Assembly (NCBI GenBank): GCA_025360845.1 | Contig: JANYBJ010000239.1 | Location: 1 to 62,350, forward strand | Reading direction: 5' to 3' | DNA length: 62,350 nt | DNA from: a bacterium | Lineage (GTDB): Bacteria; Verrucomicrobiota; Kiritimatiellia; RFP12; UBA1067 | Shown here: in pieces, positions 28,041-37,372 of the stretch | How the letters are laid out: each line of letters opens with the position of its first letter | Numbering within the stretch: position 1 is the stretch's first letter | Translations under genes and position numbers: made by a program | Notes under the pieces: generated by a model | What the model was told of the DNA's origin: nothing | What the model saw: only the letters and a program-made list of their open reading frames with translations | Database searches by the model: none

Positions 28041-28903
28041 TCATGCAAGACCCCATCGACGACGGCAAGATCGCCCAAATCGACGCTGAACTCATCCGGA
28101 TTTTTCTTGCCGGAATGGATGACGCGCTGGCCCGCAAGCGCGACACCCTCGTCGCCAAAAGGGAAGAGTCGGAAGCGCTTTTCTACGATTCACTTGAAGC
28201 CGCGACCACGGAGGAGGAGTGGAACCTGCTCACGCAGGCGATGGATGAGGATCCGGGCAACGTGGATGTTCTCTTGTCCCTGCTGGACTTTCTTGTGGTC
28301 ACGCTCGACGAGGAGATCCTGGCTTTACGTAAAATCGTGGCCTTGGGCGAACGGCGTCTGGGCAAGAAGGGCTTTAAGGATTACGCCGGACATTTCTGGG
28401 GATCCCTCGAAACGCGGCCCTACATGCGGGCACGGGCATGGCTGGCCGATGCGCTGTATGAGGCGGGCAAGACCGACGAGGCGCTCGCCGAGCGGGAGGC
28501 GCTGTTGCTCCTGAATCCGGGCGACAACCAAGGCATACGGCACCTCCTGTTGCCGACCTATCTGGAACGGCGGCAGATGGACGACGCCGCCCGACTTCTC
28601 GACGCGTACAAAGACGAGTGCGAGTGTTGTGCGACGTTCGCTTGGTGCCGCGTGCTGGAGAGGTTTCTGTCGGGTGACGAACCCGGCGCCGCGCAGGCGC
28701 TGACCGTGGCCCGCAAGCAGAACGGCTTCACCGAGGCCCATTTGTTAGGCCACAGGAAGCAGTCCAAATATCTGCCCGAATCTTATGCGTCGGGCAGCAA
28801 GGAAGAGGCCGACTGTTTCGCGGAGTCCCTGAACAAGGCCTGGGGCGCGCACCCTGCGGCACTGAAATGGTTGGCCGCCCAGCCCAAGCCCCGCAGCCGC
28901 TAA
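28037..28903 (+). CDS. Helical TPR-like conserved hypothetical protein
   Basis: ATG overlaps the cmk stop. Motif FWGSLETRPYMRAR...LNPGDNQGIR. The track's N-terminal extension to 27263 is a shadow of cmk. Confidence 0.75.
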   Translation: MIMQDPIDDGKIAQIDAELIRIFLAGMDDALARKRDTLVAKREESEALFYDSLEAATTEEEWNLLTQAMDEDPGNVDVLLSLLDFLVVTLDEEILALRKIVALGERRLGKKGFKDYAGHFWGSLETRPYMRARAWLADALYEAGKTDEALAEREALLLLNPGDNQGIRHLLLPTYLERRQMDDAARLLDAYKDECECCATFAWCRVLERFLSGDEPGAAQALTVARKQNGFTEAHLLGHRKQSKYLPESYASGSKEEADCFAESLNKAWGAHPAALKWLAAQPKPRSR

Positions 28904-28911
28904 ACGAGATA

Positions 28912-28944
28912 GGTAGCGGCAGCGGCGGTTTTGGAAAAACCGCC
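28912..28944. repeat. GTAG-preceded palindrome (REP-like, or a bidirectional terminator) between convergent genes
   Basis: GGTAG, then a 9-bp stem GGCGGTTTT-GGA-AAAACCGCC at 28924-28944. Confidence 0.55.
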
Positions 28945-28967
28945 CGACCCCGCAAACACAGGCCGCT

Positions 28968-30320
28968 TCAGTCTGCCAACTTCCGCTCGTGGAACTTTTT
29001 CCACTCGTCCCCGAGGTCCTGCACGCTCTTGCCGGTCCAGGTTTTCCAGAGCGCCTCGTCATAGCGCCCCTCGCGTGCGGCGGCATTGAGCTTATGTAAA
29101 AGGTCCTTGTCGTATTTCTGCGTCACCCAGTTCAGGAAGTTGCCGGTGATGCGGTAACTGCCATCATATTTCGCCCCGGCGAGGTTATGCTTGGTGATCT
29201 CCGCGCCATGGGTCTGCGGCTCGTAGAGGAACCAGCGGACGTAATCCGCAATCCCTTCGACCACCCATCCCGGCGTGGGCGCGGGCTTAGGATTCGTGCG
29301 GTTCGCGCGGCCATAGTTCTGAACCACATGCACCATCTCATGCACCACCGACCCGAGCGCCTCGCGCTTCAGCTCGGCCCGGAACCAAGCGGCGTTGAGG
29401 TTGATGCCGCCCCCGCCGGCCGATGCGGGCGTACCGCCCATGTCGTTCTGAAAGCGCAACATGATTTCAGCGGGAGCGCTGTAGCCGTCGCTCGACAAGA
29501 GTGCGACGAGCTTGGGATACCACGTCTGGGCCACCGGCTTCAACTCCTTCTCAGCCCACTCCGCCAAATCCGGCGCGTCGGTCGAATCGATGATGAAACT
29601 GTATTTGCCGTTTCCGGCTTCAAACGTCGTCTGAATCGCTTTGACAGCCACAACACCCGACGTGGGGGCTGGGCCTTTAGCGTCGATCACGTCGATCTCG
29701 CTGTAGAACGTGTTGCCGAACGCGTCGCGGCTCTCCGTCTGCGAAACGTCGAACAGAAGATAGCGGAAGGTCCCGATCACCCCGCTGTCGGACGTGATGG
29801 CTACGCCGTGCTGGCCGCCACCGTCGTCGTCTTTCACCCGCGTATCGACCCGGGCGATCAACGCCCAGCCGCAGGACGAAGGATCAACGCCCCGCTTCGG
29901 ATCGGGCTTAAAATTTTTCGCCTGTCCGTCCGCGGCATACAGCGCATACACCTGCGGCCCACGCGCACCCGCATGCCACGAGTAGCTACCGACCTGTTTC
30001 ACGGAAACCTCACGGCCCAGATCGACCTGGATCCGCCCGCCGTCCGAGCCGGGCCGAAAGAAGAAATTCTTTGCCGGCTGGTCAGCCCCGGACGGCACGA
30101 GCCCATCGTGAAGCACGTCCACACTGCCGCCATTGCGGTCGCCCTCACCGTCCACAACAGTGAAGCGCGCCGCGGTCGCGGCATCGTTGTTCGCGGGCAG
30201 GGGCACCTTCTTGAAAACGAAATCCGTCCCCATCGCGCGATGCCCCGTGGCGACGTTGATCTTCGCCTGGGCACTGACAGCCAGCCCTGCAACGACATAT
30301 ACCAACAGAGAGCGTCTCAT
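28968..30320 (-). CDS. Secreted basic secretory protein (BSP) family zinc metallopeptidase-like protein
   Basis: Signal peptide; HEMVH (HExxH); PGWVVEGIADYVRW; YDGSYR.T..FL.W. Confidence 0.82.
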   Translation of the reverse strand: MRRSLLVYVVAGLAVSAQAKINVATGHRAMGTDFVFKKVPLPANNDAATAARFTVVDGEGDRNGGSVDVLHDGLVPSGADQPAKNFFFRPGSDGGRIQVDLGREVSVKQVGSYSWHAGARGPQVYALYAADGQAKNFKPDPKRGVDPSSCGWALIARVDTRVKDDDGGGQHGVAITSDSGVIGTFRYLLFDVSQTESRDAFGNTFYSEIDVIDAKGPAPTSGVVAVKAIQTTFEAGNGKYSFIIDSTDAPDLAEWAEKELKPVAQTWYPKLVALLSSDGYSAPAEIMLRFQNDMGGTPASAGGGGINLNAAWFRAELKREALGSVVHEMVHVVQNYGRANRTNPKPAPTPGWVVEGIADYVRWFLYEPQTHGAEITKHNLAGAKYDGSYRITGNFLNWVTQKYDKDLLHKLNAAAREGRYDEALWKTWTGKSVQDLGDEWKKFHERKLAD

Positions 30321-30321
30321 G

Positions 30322-31029
30322 TCACTCCTTTGCCTGACTGAGTGCGGGACAGAGATCCGGACGCTGTTTCCGGATCTCCTCTACGATCCCCGTGATCCCC
30401 GCAAAGTGCCAGCCATCTAACGTGTGGCGCTCACCCGATTTGACCTTGAGCGCCACAATCCCCTTCTCGTCCCACTTGGCCCAGTCGATCCGCACAAGGT
30501 CGCCATAAGGAATCGTCTGTCCGCCAAAGCCGCTGCCGCGCAAGCCCGCTTCGTCAGCGCAGTAACGCTTGCGTGACTTCAGCCCGACCGTGAGAAACGC
30601 CAACGCGCCCAGGGCCAGTGTGATCGCCGCCTGAACAAACTGCGTCTGCAAGTCGTGCGGGCCATAGACCGGACCCTCGAATATCTTTTGCACCCGTTTC
30701 GCCTGCATCTCGTAGAGCATCGTCTTGTCCGTAGCCGACGGGGAGATCTTCAGCTCGCCCAACTTCTTGATCAGCTTGGACGGCACGGTCAAACCTTTTT
30801 CGACAAATACAGTCTTGAGGGGGGAGCCGCCGTCATCACCGCGCGCCACCCAGGCTTCGGCCGTCATATGGGTCGCCAGCAGAGCCGGACGCACCTGCTC
30901 CAAGTTCCGGTTGAGCCGAGGCCATGCGACCATGCCGTCGTACAGCGACCACACGCACATGCCGAGCATCATCGCTCCGACGCCCAAGATCCGGAGCGCA
31001 TACTCACGATTCAGTTTCGCTTCAACCAT
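30322..31029 (-). CDS. Hypothetical membrane protein (two hydrophobic segments)
   Basis: ORF lies in a co-directional, tightly spaced run; hydrophobic stretches LGVGAMMLGMCVWSLY and AAITLALGALAFLTVGL. Confidence 0.7.
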   Translation of the reverse strand: MVEAKLNREYALRILGVGAMMLGMCVWSLYDGMVAWPRLNRNLEQVRPALLATHMTAEAWVARGDDGGSPLKTVFVEKGLTVPSKLIKKLGELKISPSATDKTMLYEMQAKRVQKIFEGPVYGPHDLQTQFVQAAITLALGALAFLTVGLKSRKRYCADEAGLRGSGFGGQTIPYGDLVRIDWAKWDEKGIVALKVKSGERHTLDGWHFAGITGIVEEIRKQRPDLCPALSQAKE

Positions 31030-31044
31030 CCTTCCGCCCTCCCC

Positions 31045-31809
31045 TTACCAAAAACCGTATTGTCTCGAAAGAATCACATAGACGCCAAGCAGAAAGTTCG
31101 TCACACCGTGCGCAATCGCCGCGGCCCAGATATCGCCCGTCCGGACCGTCAACCACCCGTAAACCACACCCGCAACCATCCCCGCGAACCAGCGGTCATG
31201 CTCAAGTCCGAACACCGCCACCACGGTCCAAAACGCCTGCGTGTCGAACGTGGTCAGCGGCACCGTCCAGAACGCGCCTTTCCTCAGCCACCGGTAGAAG
31301 AACCCGCGGAAAAAAAACTCCTCGATCACCGCGATCACGCACGCCGACCCCGCAAGCTTCAGCAGCGTCAGCGGCCACCCCGCCTCCTCCGGCGAATAGG
31401 CCAGCGACCGGTGTCCAGGCGGCAGCGCGGGAAAGAAATCGGCATCGAAATAATCGGGCAGCGTGCCCGGCATCATGATCAGCCAGCGGTTATAGAAATC
31501 CTGAAGCCCGGGCGCGACGCGTCCCGCCCACGGCGTTTCCGGCAAAATCCACACAACCGCCATCGCCACGCCCAAGCCGGTCGCCAACGGCAGGTGTCGC
31601 ATCGCGAGCGGCACATACACGCTCCAAGGCCTGAACCACAGGAAGAGCCCGGCGCACGCCACCGACTTGACCGCGTAGCTCCAGGGGATGAGCAGACGGG
31701 GACAGAGCGACGCGGATTCCAGCGCCTGCAAAAGCAAGATCACGCCCACCCACACCGCGAACGGCGCGACGTGTCCCGCCAGCACTTTTCTATCCGTTTC
31801 CATCGTCAT
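31045..31809 (-). CDS. CAAX prenyl protease-related (Abi/CPBP) intramembrane protease
   Basis: IEEFFFRG, FGLEH and AIAHGVTN motifs. The tail WFAG..AG..Y......GD...A..AHG.TN.LLG.YV resembles the PEP-CTERM-associated subfamily. Confidence 0.88.
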   Translation of the reverse strand: MTMETDRKVLAGHVAPFAVWVGVILLLQALESASLCPRLLIPWSYAVKSVACAGLFLWFRPWSVYVPLAMRHLPLATGLGVAMAVVWILPETPWAGRVAPGLQDFYNRWLIMMPGTLPDYFDADFFPALPPGHRSLAYSPEEAGWPLTLLKLAGSACVIAVIEEFFFRGFFYRWLRKGAFWTVPLTTFDTQAFWTVVAVFGLEHDRWFAGMVAGVVYGWLTVRTGDIWAAAIAHGVTNFLLGVYVILSRQYGFW

Positions 31810-31833
31810 GCCTCATCGCGCTCATGAGTCGGG

Positions 31834-33309
31834 TCACTTGGCTTTCTTCCACTCGTCCAACTGCTCCTGCGTCGGCGCGGAAACCACCTCGAACAGATGC
31901 CACTCGCCGAACTCCTCAGCATACAACAACCGCTCGGCGCCCCCCGCATAAATGTCGGGGTGCTTCCAGAAGACGCTTTCTGCGCGTACGGTCCCTGCGG
32001 GTCGCGGAACCAGCACATAGAGGTTCTGGCCTTTGTAGGCCCGCCGCAGCGATCCGACATGCAGGTCCATATTCGGCATCAGCCGCTCGCCCGCATAGCC
32101 GCGCAACAGATCCATTCCAGCATACCCGAGCACAAAGACCCGGCCGTAGGGCGTGCGCGCGTTCACATAGGCCTCGACCTCGCCGCAGATTTTTCCGGGC
32201 GCCGCCGTGGCAGCGGGCGGCTGCACTTGACCGCCGAACCAGGAGGCGCTCAGCCAGACGAAAAGGCCCAGCGACAAGGCCAGCCGGTACAGCGGCTGAC
32301 GCAACCGCGCCAACGCGATCATCAGCACAGCCAGGGCGCAGACATTCAGTGTGACGGTGTTCCATCCGAGCCCGAAGAAGCCGAGCACTTTGGCGCAAGC
32401 GCTCAGCACGCACGCAAACGAGACCAAGAGCGCCGTGGCCGCCACCGGCCCCGAGCCCGGCTTATCCGCACGCGCATCACACATCCAGGTCACAATCAAA
32501 GCGGGCGCCAGCAGAAGCCCAGGGGCAAAGACCGACGCAAGAAACAGAGACGGGTTCGGCACCAGATACCCCAGCGAACGCAAGAAGAAGAAGGCGTCCC
32601 CCAGAATCAAACGGTTCAAAAGCAGCCACACGCCCACCGTGTACACCAGCGGCAAACCGCCCAGCAGCAACCACGCCTGAAAGCGCACGCGCGTCTCGCG
32701 GTCACCGCACGCCGCGAACGGCAGGAGCATGACCGCCAATCCAGCAGGGCCGAACACGGGAAACCCGCACAGCATCAGGAACGCGCCCGACGCACCCGCC
32801 GTCACCACGTCGCGCAGCCGACGATAGGCCGCCCAGTCCGCCACCGCCGCGGCCGCCAACAGCATCAGCCCCGCCGTCAAGGCCGTGGCGATCTGCAACG
32901 CCTGCGGCTGACGCGACACCGCCATCATGCCCGCGATCGCCGACTGTGCCAACACGATGCGCCAGCCCGAATGCCCCGCGGCCTTCACCGCCTCGCGCAC
33001 CGCCCAGAACACAAACAGCCAAGCCACAAAGAAAGCCGACCACCCCGCACACGGCTCGGGCAACAGCCAGGCGAACGGCAAATAAAACAGCACGGGCAGC
33101 GGCGCCACCCAGCAGGAGCCGAACAGCGCCTGCCGCCCCTCGGTCGTGCCCGCGATCAGCTCGCGGCAGATGCCTGCTGTCTGCGCGCCGGGCTCCCACG
33201 CGCCGTCGTGCAGACGCGCGAAAACCAGCAGCGCCGCAGCCAGGACCACCGGCGTCACGCCTCCGGTCAACAGCCGCACCAGCCTATATGCTTTCCGATC
33301 CTGATCCAT
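31834..33309 (-). CDS. Polytopic membrane protein, possible GT-C-type glycosyltransferase
   Basis: About 10-12 hydrophobic segments, an early loop motif GSCWVAPLPVLFYLPF and a soluble C-terminal domain. GT-C status is inference. Confidence 0.6.
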   Translation of the reverse strand: MDQDRKAYRLVRLLTGGVTPVVLAAALLVFARLHDGAWEPGAQTAGICRELIAGTTEGRQALFGSCWVAPLPVLFYLPFAWLLPEPCAGWSAFFVAWLFVFWAVREAVKAAGHSGWRIVLAQSAIAGMMAVSRQPQALQIATALTAGLMLLAAAAVADWAAYRRLRDVVTAGASGAFLMLCGFPVFGPAGLAVMLLPFAACGDRETRVRFQAWLLLGGLPLVYTVGVWLLLNRLILGDAFFFLRSLGYLVPNPSLFLASVFAPGLLLAPALIVTWMCDARADKPGSGPVAATALLVSFACVLSACAKVLGFFGLGWNTVTLNVCALAVLMIALARLRQPLYRLALSLGLFVWLSASWFGGQVQPPAATAAPGKICGEVEAYVNARTPYGRVFVLGYAGMDLLRGYAGERLMPNMDLHVGSLRRAYKGQNLYVLVPRPAGTVRAESVFWKHPDIYAGGAERLLYAEEFGEWHLFEVVSAPTQEQLDEWKKAK

Positions 33310-33340
33310 CCCGAAACCCCTTGCCTGTAACCTGTAGCGC

Positions 33341-34810
33341 TTAGCCCTTTTTAACCAATCCGTGCTGGGTCTTCTCCCACACGAACGGGTCGCGGAAGAA
33401 TTGGATGACGGCCCGCCACCCGCTGTAGCTCATCATCATCCAGTACACCGGCGTCAGAAGCGCCCACCACATCAGACTGTCGTTCTTGCGCTTGCAGCAG
33501 CCGAGCAGGTTGATGTAGATAAACACGAAGTTGCCGAGAAAGAGACAGACCGCGCCCGCCGCGAACACCGGCCCGGGAAACATCTGCGCCGCACCCTCGG
33601 GACGGAACACGAACCACACCAGCGCCATGGCCCAGAAAACCGGATTCACCAGCACGGAGAAGGTCACCCCTCCGATCAATAACTGGTAGTGCAGAAAGTT
33701 GACGAACCCCAACTCCTTCACCAGTTTGAGCGGCTGCCGCATGTGTACGAACCACGTCTGGATATACCCCTTCTGCCAGCGCGTGCGCTGCTTGATCCAG
33801 AATTGGAAAACGCTGCACGCCTCTTCCCACGTCGTGGTCTCGAGCATCCGCGTGGTATAGCCCGCGCGCCCCAGCCGCACGCCCAGGTCGCAGTCTTCCG
33901 TCACGTTGTAGGCGTCCCAGCCCATCAGCTCCTGAAGAATCCGGGTCTTGAAGTGATTCGAGGTGCCGCCCAGCGGGATCACCGCACCCAGCGCGGCCAG
34001 CCCCGGCAACTGCAGGTCGAACCAAGCCGAGTACTCCGCGGTGAACCAGCGCGTCAGCACGTTCTGCCGCGGGTTGTAATAGTTCAGGCGCGACTGCACG
34101 CACGCCACGTTGGCGGGTGACGCCTCGAAGGCCATCACCGCCTTCTTGAGCTGGTCCTTCTCCGGCAAATCCTCGGCGTCGTAGATCACCAGATACTCGC
34201 CTGTGGCCAGATGCAGCCCGATGTTGCACGCCTTGGGCTTGGTGCGCGGGAACGACTCCGGAATCTCGGTCACGCGGAAGCCCGGCGGCATCGTCAGCGC
34301 GCGTGCGGCGGCCAGCGTCACAGAGTCGTCCGCCTCCAGCAGGATCTGCACGTCTTTCTTGTCCGCCGGGTAGTCCATCGCCGCGAGCGAAGCCACCATC
34401 TGCTTCACGGTCTCGGGCTCTTTGTACATCGGCACCAGAAGCGAGAAGAGCGGCCACGCGCGCGGCTCCTGCGCGGCGATCTCGCTGGCGGAGAATTTCA
34501 AAATGGCGGAGGGCGAGAGCGACGCGCGGATCACCACGAACTTGTAAAGGGTCATGACCACATAGAACAGCGTGCAGACCGCGATCAGGCCCTGTGCGGT
34601 CTTCAGCGGCCAAACAACAAACGCGGCCGCCAGCGCCGCCGCCAGCGACACCATGACGATCTTTTGCGTACGCGTCAGCGGCTGCGACGCGCTCCAGTCG
34701 GGGCGCCGGCGCGACAGCTCCAACGGGTCGGCCGAAGCCGCCGTTCGCTGAGAAGCCCCCTGCTGTTCGGTCACGTCACTCATTCGCTGTCCATCCCTCT
34801 CGATCCCCAT
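33341..34810 (-). CDS. Processive family 2 glycosyltransferase (cellulose-synthase-like)
   Basis: LVPMYKE, TKPKACN, IYDAED, TEDCDLG and QRTRW (QxxRW), with flanking TM helices. Start may be 34783. Confidence 0.9.
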   Translation of the reverse strand: MGIERDGQRMSDVTEQQGASQRTAASADPLELSRRRPDWSASQPLTRTQKIVMVSLAAALAAAFVVWPLKTAQGLIAVCTLFYVVMTLYKFVVIRASLSPSAILKFSASEIAAQEPRAWPLFSLLVPMYKEPETVKQMVASLAAMDYPADKKDVQILLEADDSVTLAAARALTMPPGFRVTEIPESFPRTKPKACNIGLHLATGEYLVIYDAEDLPEKDQLKKAVMAFEASPANVACVQSRLNYYNPRQNVLTRWFTAEYSAWFDLQLPGLAALGAVIPLGGTSNHFKTRILQELMGWDAYNVTEDCDLGVRLGRAGYTTRMLETTTWEEACSVFQFWIKQRTRWQKGYIQTWFVHMRQPLKLVKELGFVNFLHYQLLIGGVTFSVLVNPVFWAMALVWFVFRPEGAAQMFPGPVFAAGAVCLFLGNFVFIYINLLGCCKRKNDSLMWWALLTPVYWMMMSYSGWRAVIQFFRDPFVWEKTQHGLVKKG

Positions 34811-34934
34811 GTTTTAAATTGCTGCAACTATACCATAACTCCCTGTGCCTGACAAATGACGCCTCGCGCCAATTTTGATCACTGTGTTTTCACGGAGCTA
34901 CGATTCATCTGATTGATTTGCACGTGTAGTGATC

Positions 34935-34963
34935 TTGAACAGCCCCCCTAATGTGGCGTATAC
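34935..34963 (+). promoter_or_regulatory. Sigma70-type promoter TTGAAC-N17-TATACT for the ATPase-PIN island
   Basis: TTGAAC 34935-34940, 17-nt spacer, TATACT 34958-34963. Confidence 0.65.
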
Positions 34964-35014
34964 TCTACCCCGATTGTGAAAGGACGTCATCTCTGTGCTA
35001 GCATCAGGACACTT

Positions 35015-36331
35015 ATGAAACAACGTGATACGATTACAGGTTTAAGTGTAAGCGGTTTCAAGTCGATTGCCGATGAGCAACATCTCGACATCCGTCCCTT
35101 GACCATTTTGGCTGGCGCGAACAGTTCTGGAAAGTCTAGTTTCATGCAGCCTCTTTTGCTGCTGAAACAGACGCTGGAGGCTCCCGGCGACCCAGGCGCG
35201 TTGTGGCTTGGCGGACCAAACGTGAAGTTTACGTCTGCAGAGCAATTTCTGACACGGTTTTCGCGAGATGGTGGCGAGTTTTCGGTTGGCCTTTTTATGG
35301 GTGAAAACGACCACATAGAAATGACGTATGCTTATTCTAAGGATTCAGGATTTTCCGCCAAACAACTTGTGGTGTCTCTTGACGGAGACTCTTTTACAAT
35401 AAAAACTGACATGTCTCATGACGATATTGTTGAAATCCTACCATCGGCAATTGATGATAAGCGAAAACACATCGAGAAACAGTCGAAAGGAAGCGTCAGA
35501 TGGACCGTCAATCGTGATCGTTGCTTTCTGGAACTCGAATTGGAACAATCAAATCGCCCTCTTTATTGGTTTGGACCGGACGAAGTCATACCACTACGGT
35601 CATATTACTCGCTGATTCAAAATGTGATTCATCTTCCGGGGTTGCGTGGCAACCCTCAGCGCGATTATGCTAGGCAGGCCGTGGGACGGCGATTCCCCGG
35701 CACATTCGACACCTATGTTGCAAGCGTAATTGAACAATGGCAAAAGAGTAAATCAGAAAACTTAAAATCTTTGGGTGCCGCCCTAGAAAACATGGGGCTC
35801 ACGTGGAAAGTAAAAGCTGCCCCGCTGAATGACACCATGATGGAGCTAAAAGTGGGACGTCTTCCCCACAGTAAACGAGGTGGTGCGAGTGATCTTGTGA
35901 GTATCGCCGATGTTGGGTTCGGTGTCTCACAATCGTTGCCAGTTATCGTTGCCCTGCTAGCGGCTAAAAGAGGGCAATTGCTCTATCTGGAGCAACCAGA
36001 GATTCATTTGCATCCGCTGGCGCAGCGAAAACTGGCTCAAGAACTTGCGAGTGCTGCTAAACGTGGTGTCATTGTTATAGTGGAGACCCATAGTGCATTG
36101 TTGTTGCGAGAAATCCAGACCCTAGTGGCTAAGAATGAATTACCGTCTAAGGAAGTTGCACTTCACTGGTTCAGCCGTAATGTGGACGGCGCGACGACAA
36201 TTCAGTCGGCAGAACTGGACAAAAACGGTGCATTTGGGACATGGCCTGTGGATTTTGATGAGACCGACATGGCATCCGAAGATGCCTACTTGAACGCGGT
36301 CGAGGCACGGAGGGCGTTCCATGCCGAGTAA
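35015..36331 (+). CDS. AAA_15/AAA_21-type ABC-like ATPase with a DUF3696-like C-terminus
   Basis: GFKSI, Walker A GANSSGKS, signature GFGVSQ, Walker B LEQPE.HLHP, ETHS and GTWPVDFDE. Likely ATG at 35015 (track start 34976). Confidence 0.88.
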   Translation: MKQRDTITGLSVSGFKSIADEQHLDIRPLTILAGANSSGKSSFMQPLLLLKQTLEAPGDPGALWLGGPNVKFTSAEQFLTRFSRDGGEFSVGLFMGENDHIEMTYAYSKDSGFSAKQLVVSLDGDSFTIKTDMSHDDIVEILPSAIDDKRKHIEKQSKGSVRWTVNRDRCFLELELEQSNRPLYWFGPDEVIPLRSYYSLIQNVIHLPGLRGNPQRDYARQAVGRRFPGTFDTYVASVIEQWQKSKSENLKSLGAALENMGLTWKVKAAPLNDTMMELKVGRLPHSKRGGASDLVSIADVGFGVSQSLPVIVALLAAKRGQLLYLEQPEIHLHPLAQRKLAQELASAAKRGVIVIVETHSALLLREIQTLVAKNELPSKEVALHWFSRNVDGATTIQSAELDKNGAFGTWPVDFDETDMASEDAYLNAVEARRAFHAE

Positions 36332-36788
36332 AATACCCTCTCGGCAACTTGTGGTGGATGCGAACGTCATGCGATCTTCAGGAGAGACCGAGCATCCCAT
36401 TTCTTCGAGATGCCGACAAACGTTGAACGACATTCTTGCCATTTGCCATCATGCGATTGTTGACGCACGCTTGCAAAGCGAGTGGGGGCGTCACGCATCG
36501 CATCGTGCCACAAAATGGCTAGGCACAATGACGCGGCGAGGCAAGATCGATCAAGCATCAGGCTATGTTGCTGACATTAAGTTCACGAAAGTTCGTTCAG
36601 ACGACCGCGCCATCATCGAAAAAGACCGGATGTTGGTGGATATCGCCTATGGTTCAGATAAAATCATCATTTCCATGGATGACAAAATTCGACAGGCTCT
36701 GGAACGCACTGGCAACGGGAAATTAACGAGCGAAATTCGCTGGTTCAACCCATGTACAGCCCCTGCAAACTATCTCGAAAACTTATAG
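36321..36788 (+). CDS. PIN-like domain protein
   Basis: LVVDANV, SEW, KDRMLV and IISMDDK give the acidic quartet pattern. Overlaps the ATPase stop by 11 nt. Confidence 0.7.
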   Translation: MPSKIPSRQLVVDANVMRSSGETEHPISSRCRQTLNDILAICHHAIVDARLQSEWGRHASHRATKWLGTMTRRGKIDQASGYVADIKFTKVRSDDRAIIEKDRMLVDIAYGSDKIIISMDDKIRQALERTGNGKLTSEIRWFNPCTAPANYLENL

Positions 36789-36817
36789 TTTGATCGGAAT
36801 ATTTCTGGTTCGTCATC

Positions 36818-37372
36818 ATGAACATACGGAACGACATAATACAATCTGCGCGGACAATCCGGATCAAGCCAAATGAGGCGATGCTACCGATCAAAGTGCC
36901 TAACGCCACACCTGAAATCCTACTTGCAAATGCTTTTGATGATGAACAGGCGCTTTTGGCAAAAGTCCGCTATAACCGGCTGATCGACCTTTTCCTCGGC
37001 ATTACGACGCATTCTCTACAGAATCATCTGCGCACAACGGTTAAGGGTATCGGACAAGTCGAAATCGACGAGCTTTATGTTGGTTTGAACCGTCGGGGAA
37101 GTCAGTTCATTGTTCCGGTTCAAGCAAAGGTCGGCAAAAACCAGCTGGGCCCTGTGCAAACGCAACACGCCATCTCCCTTTGTGCAAAACGCTATCCTGA
37201 ATTGATATGCCGCCCGGTCTCTGTTCATGCGCTGAGTGGCGACCGGATCGCTCTGTTTGAACTGACGTTGAGCGAGGGCGAAATACGAATCGTCGATCAA
37301 AAGCACTATATGTTGGTGCCGGCCTCTGACATCACGGCGGACGATCTGCGCCGATACGGAATGGGAAGTTGA
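36818..37372 (+). CDS. PD-(D/E)xK restriction-endonuclease-like protein, probably N-terminally truncated
   Basis: EIDELYVG...FIVPVQAK catalytic-like motif and DEQALLAKVRYNRLID. Appears shorter than the family as I recall it. Confidence 0.6.
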   Translation: MNIRNDIIQSARTIRIKPNEAMLPIKVPNATPEILLANAFDDEQALLAKVRYNRLIDLFLGITTHSLQNHLRTTVKGIGQVEIDELYVGLNRRGSQFIVPVQAKVGKNQLGPVQTQHAISLCAKRYPELICRPVSVHALSGDRIALFELTLSEGEIRIVDQKHYMLVPASDITADDLRRYGMGS

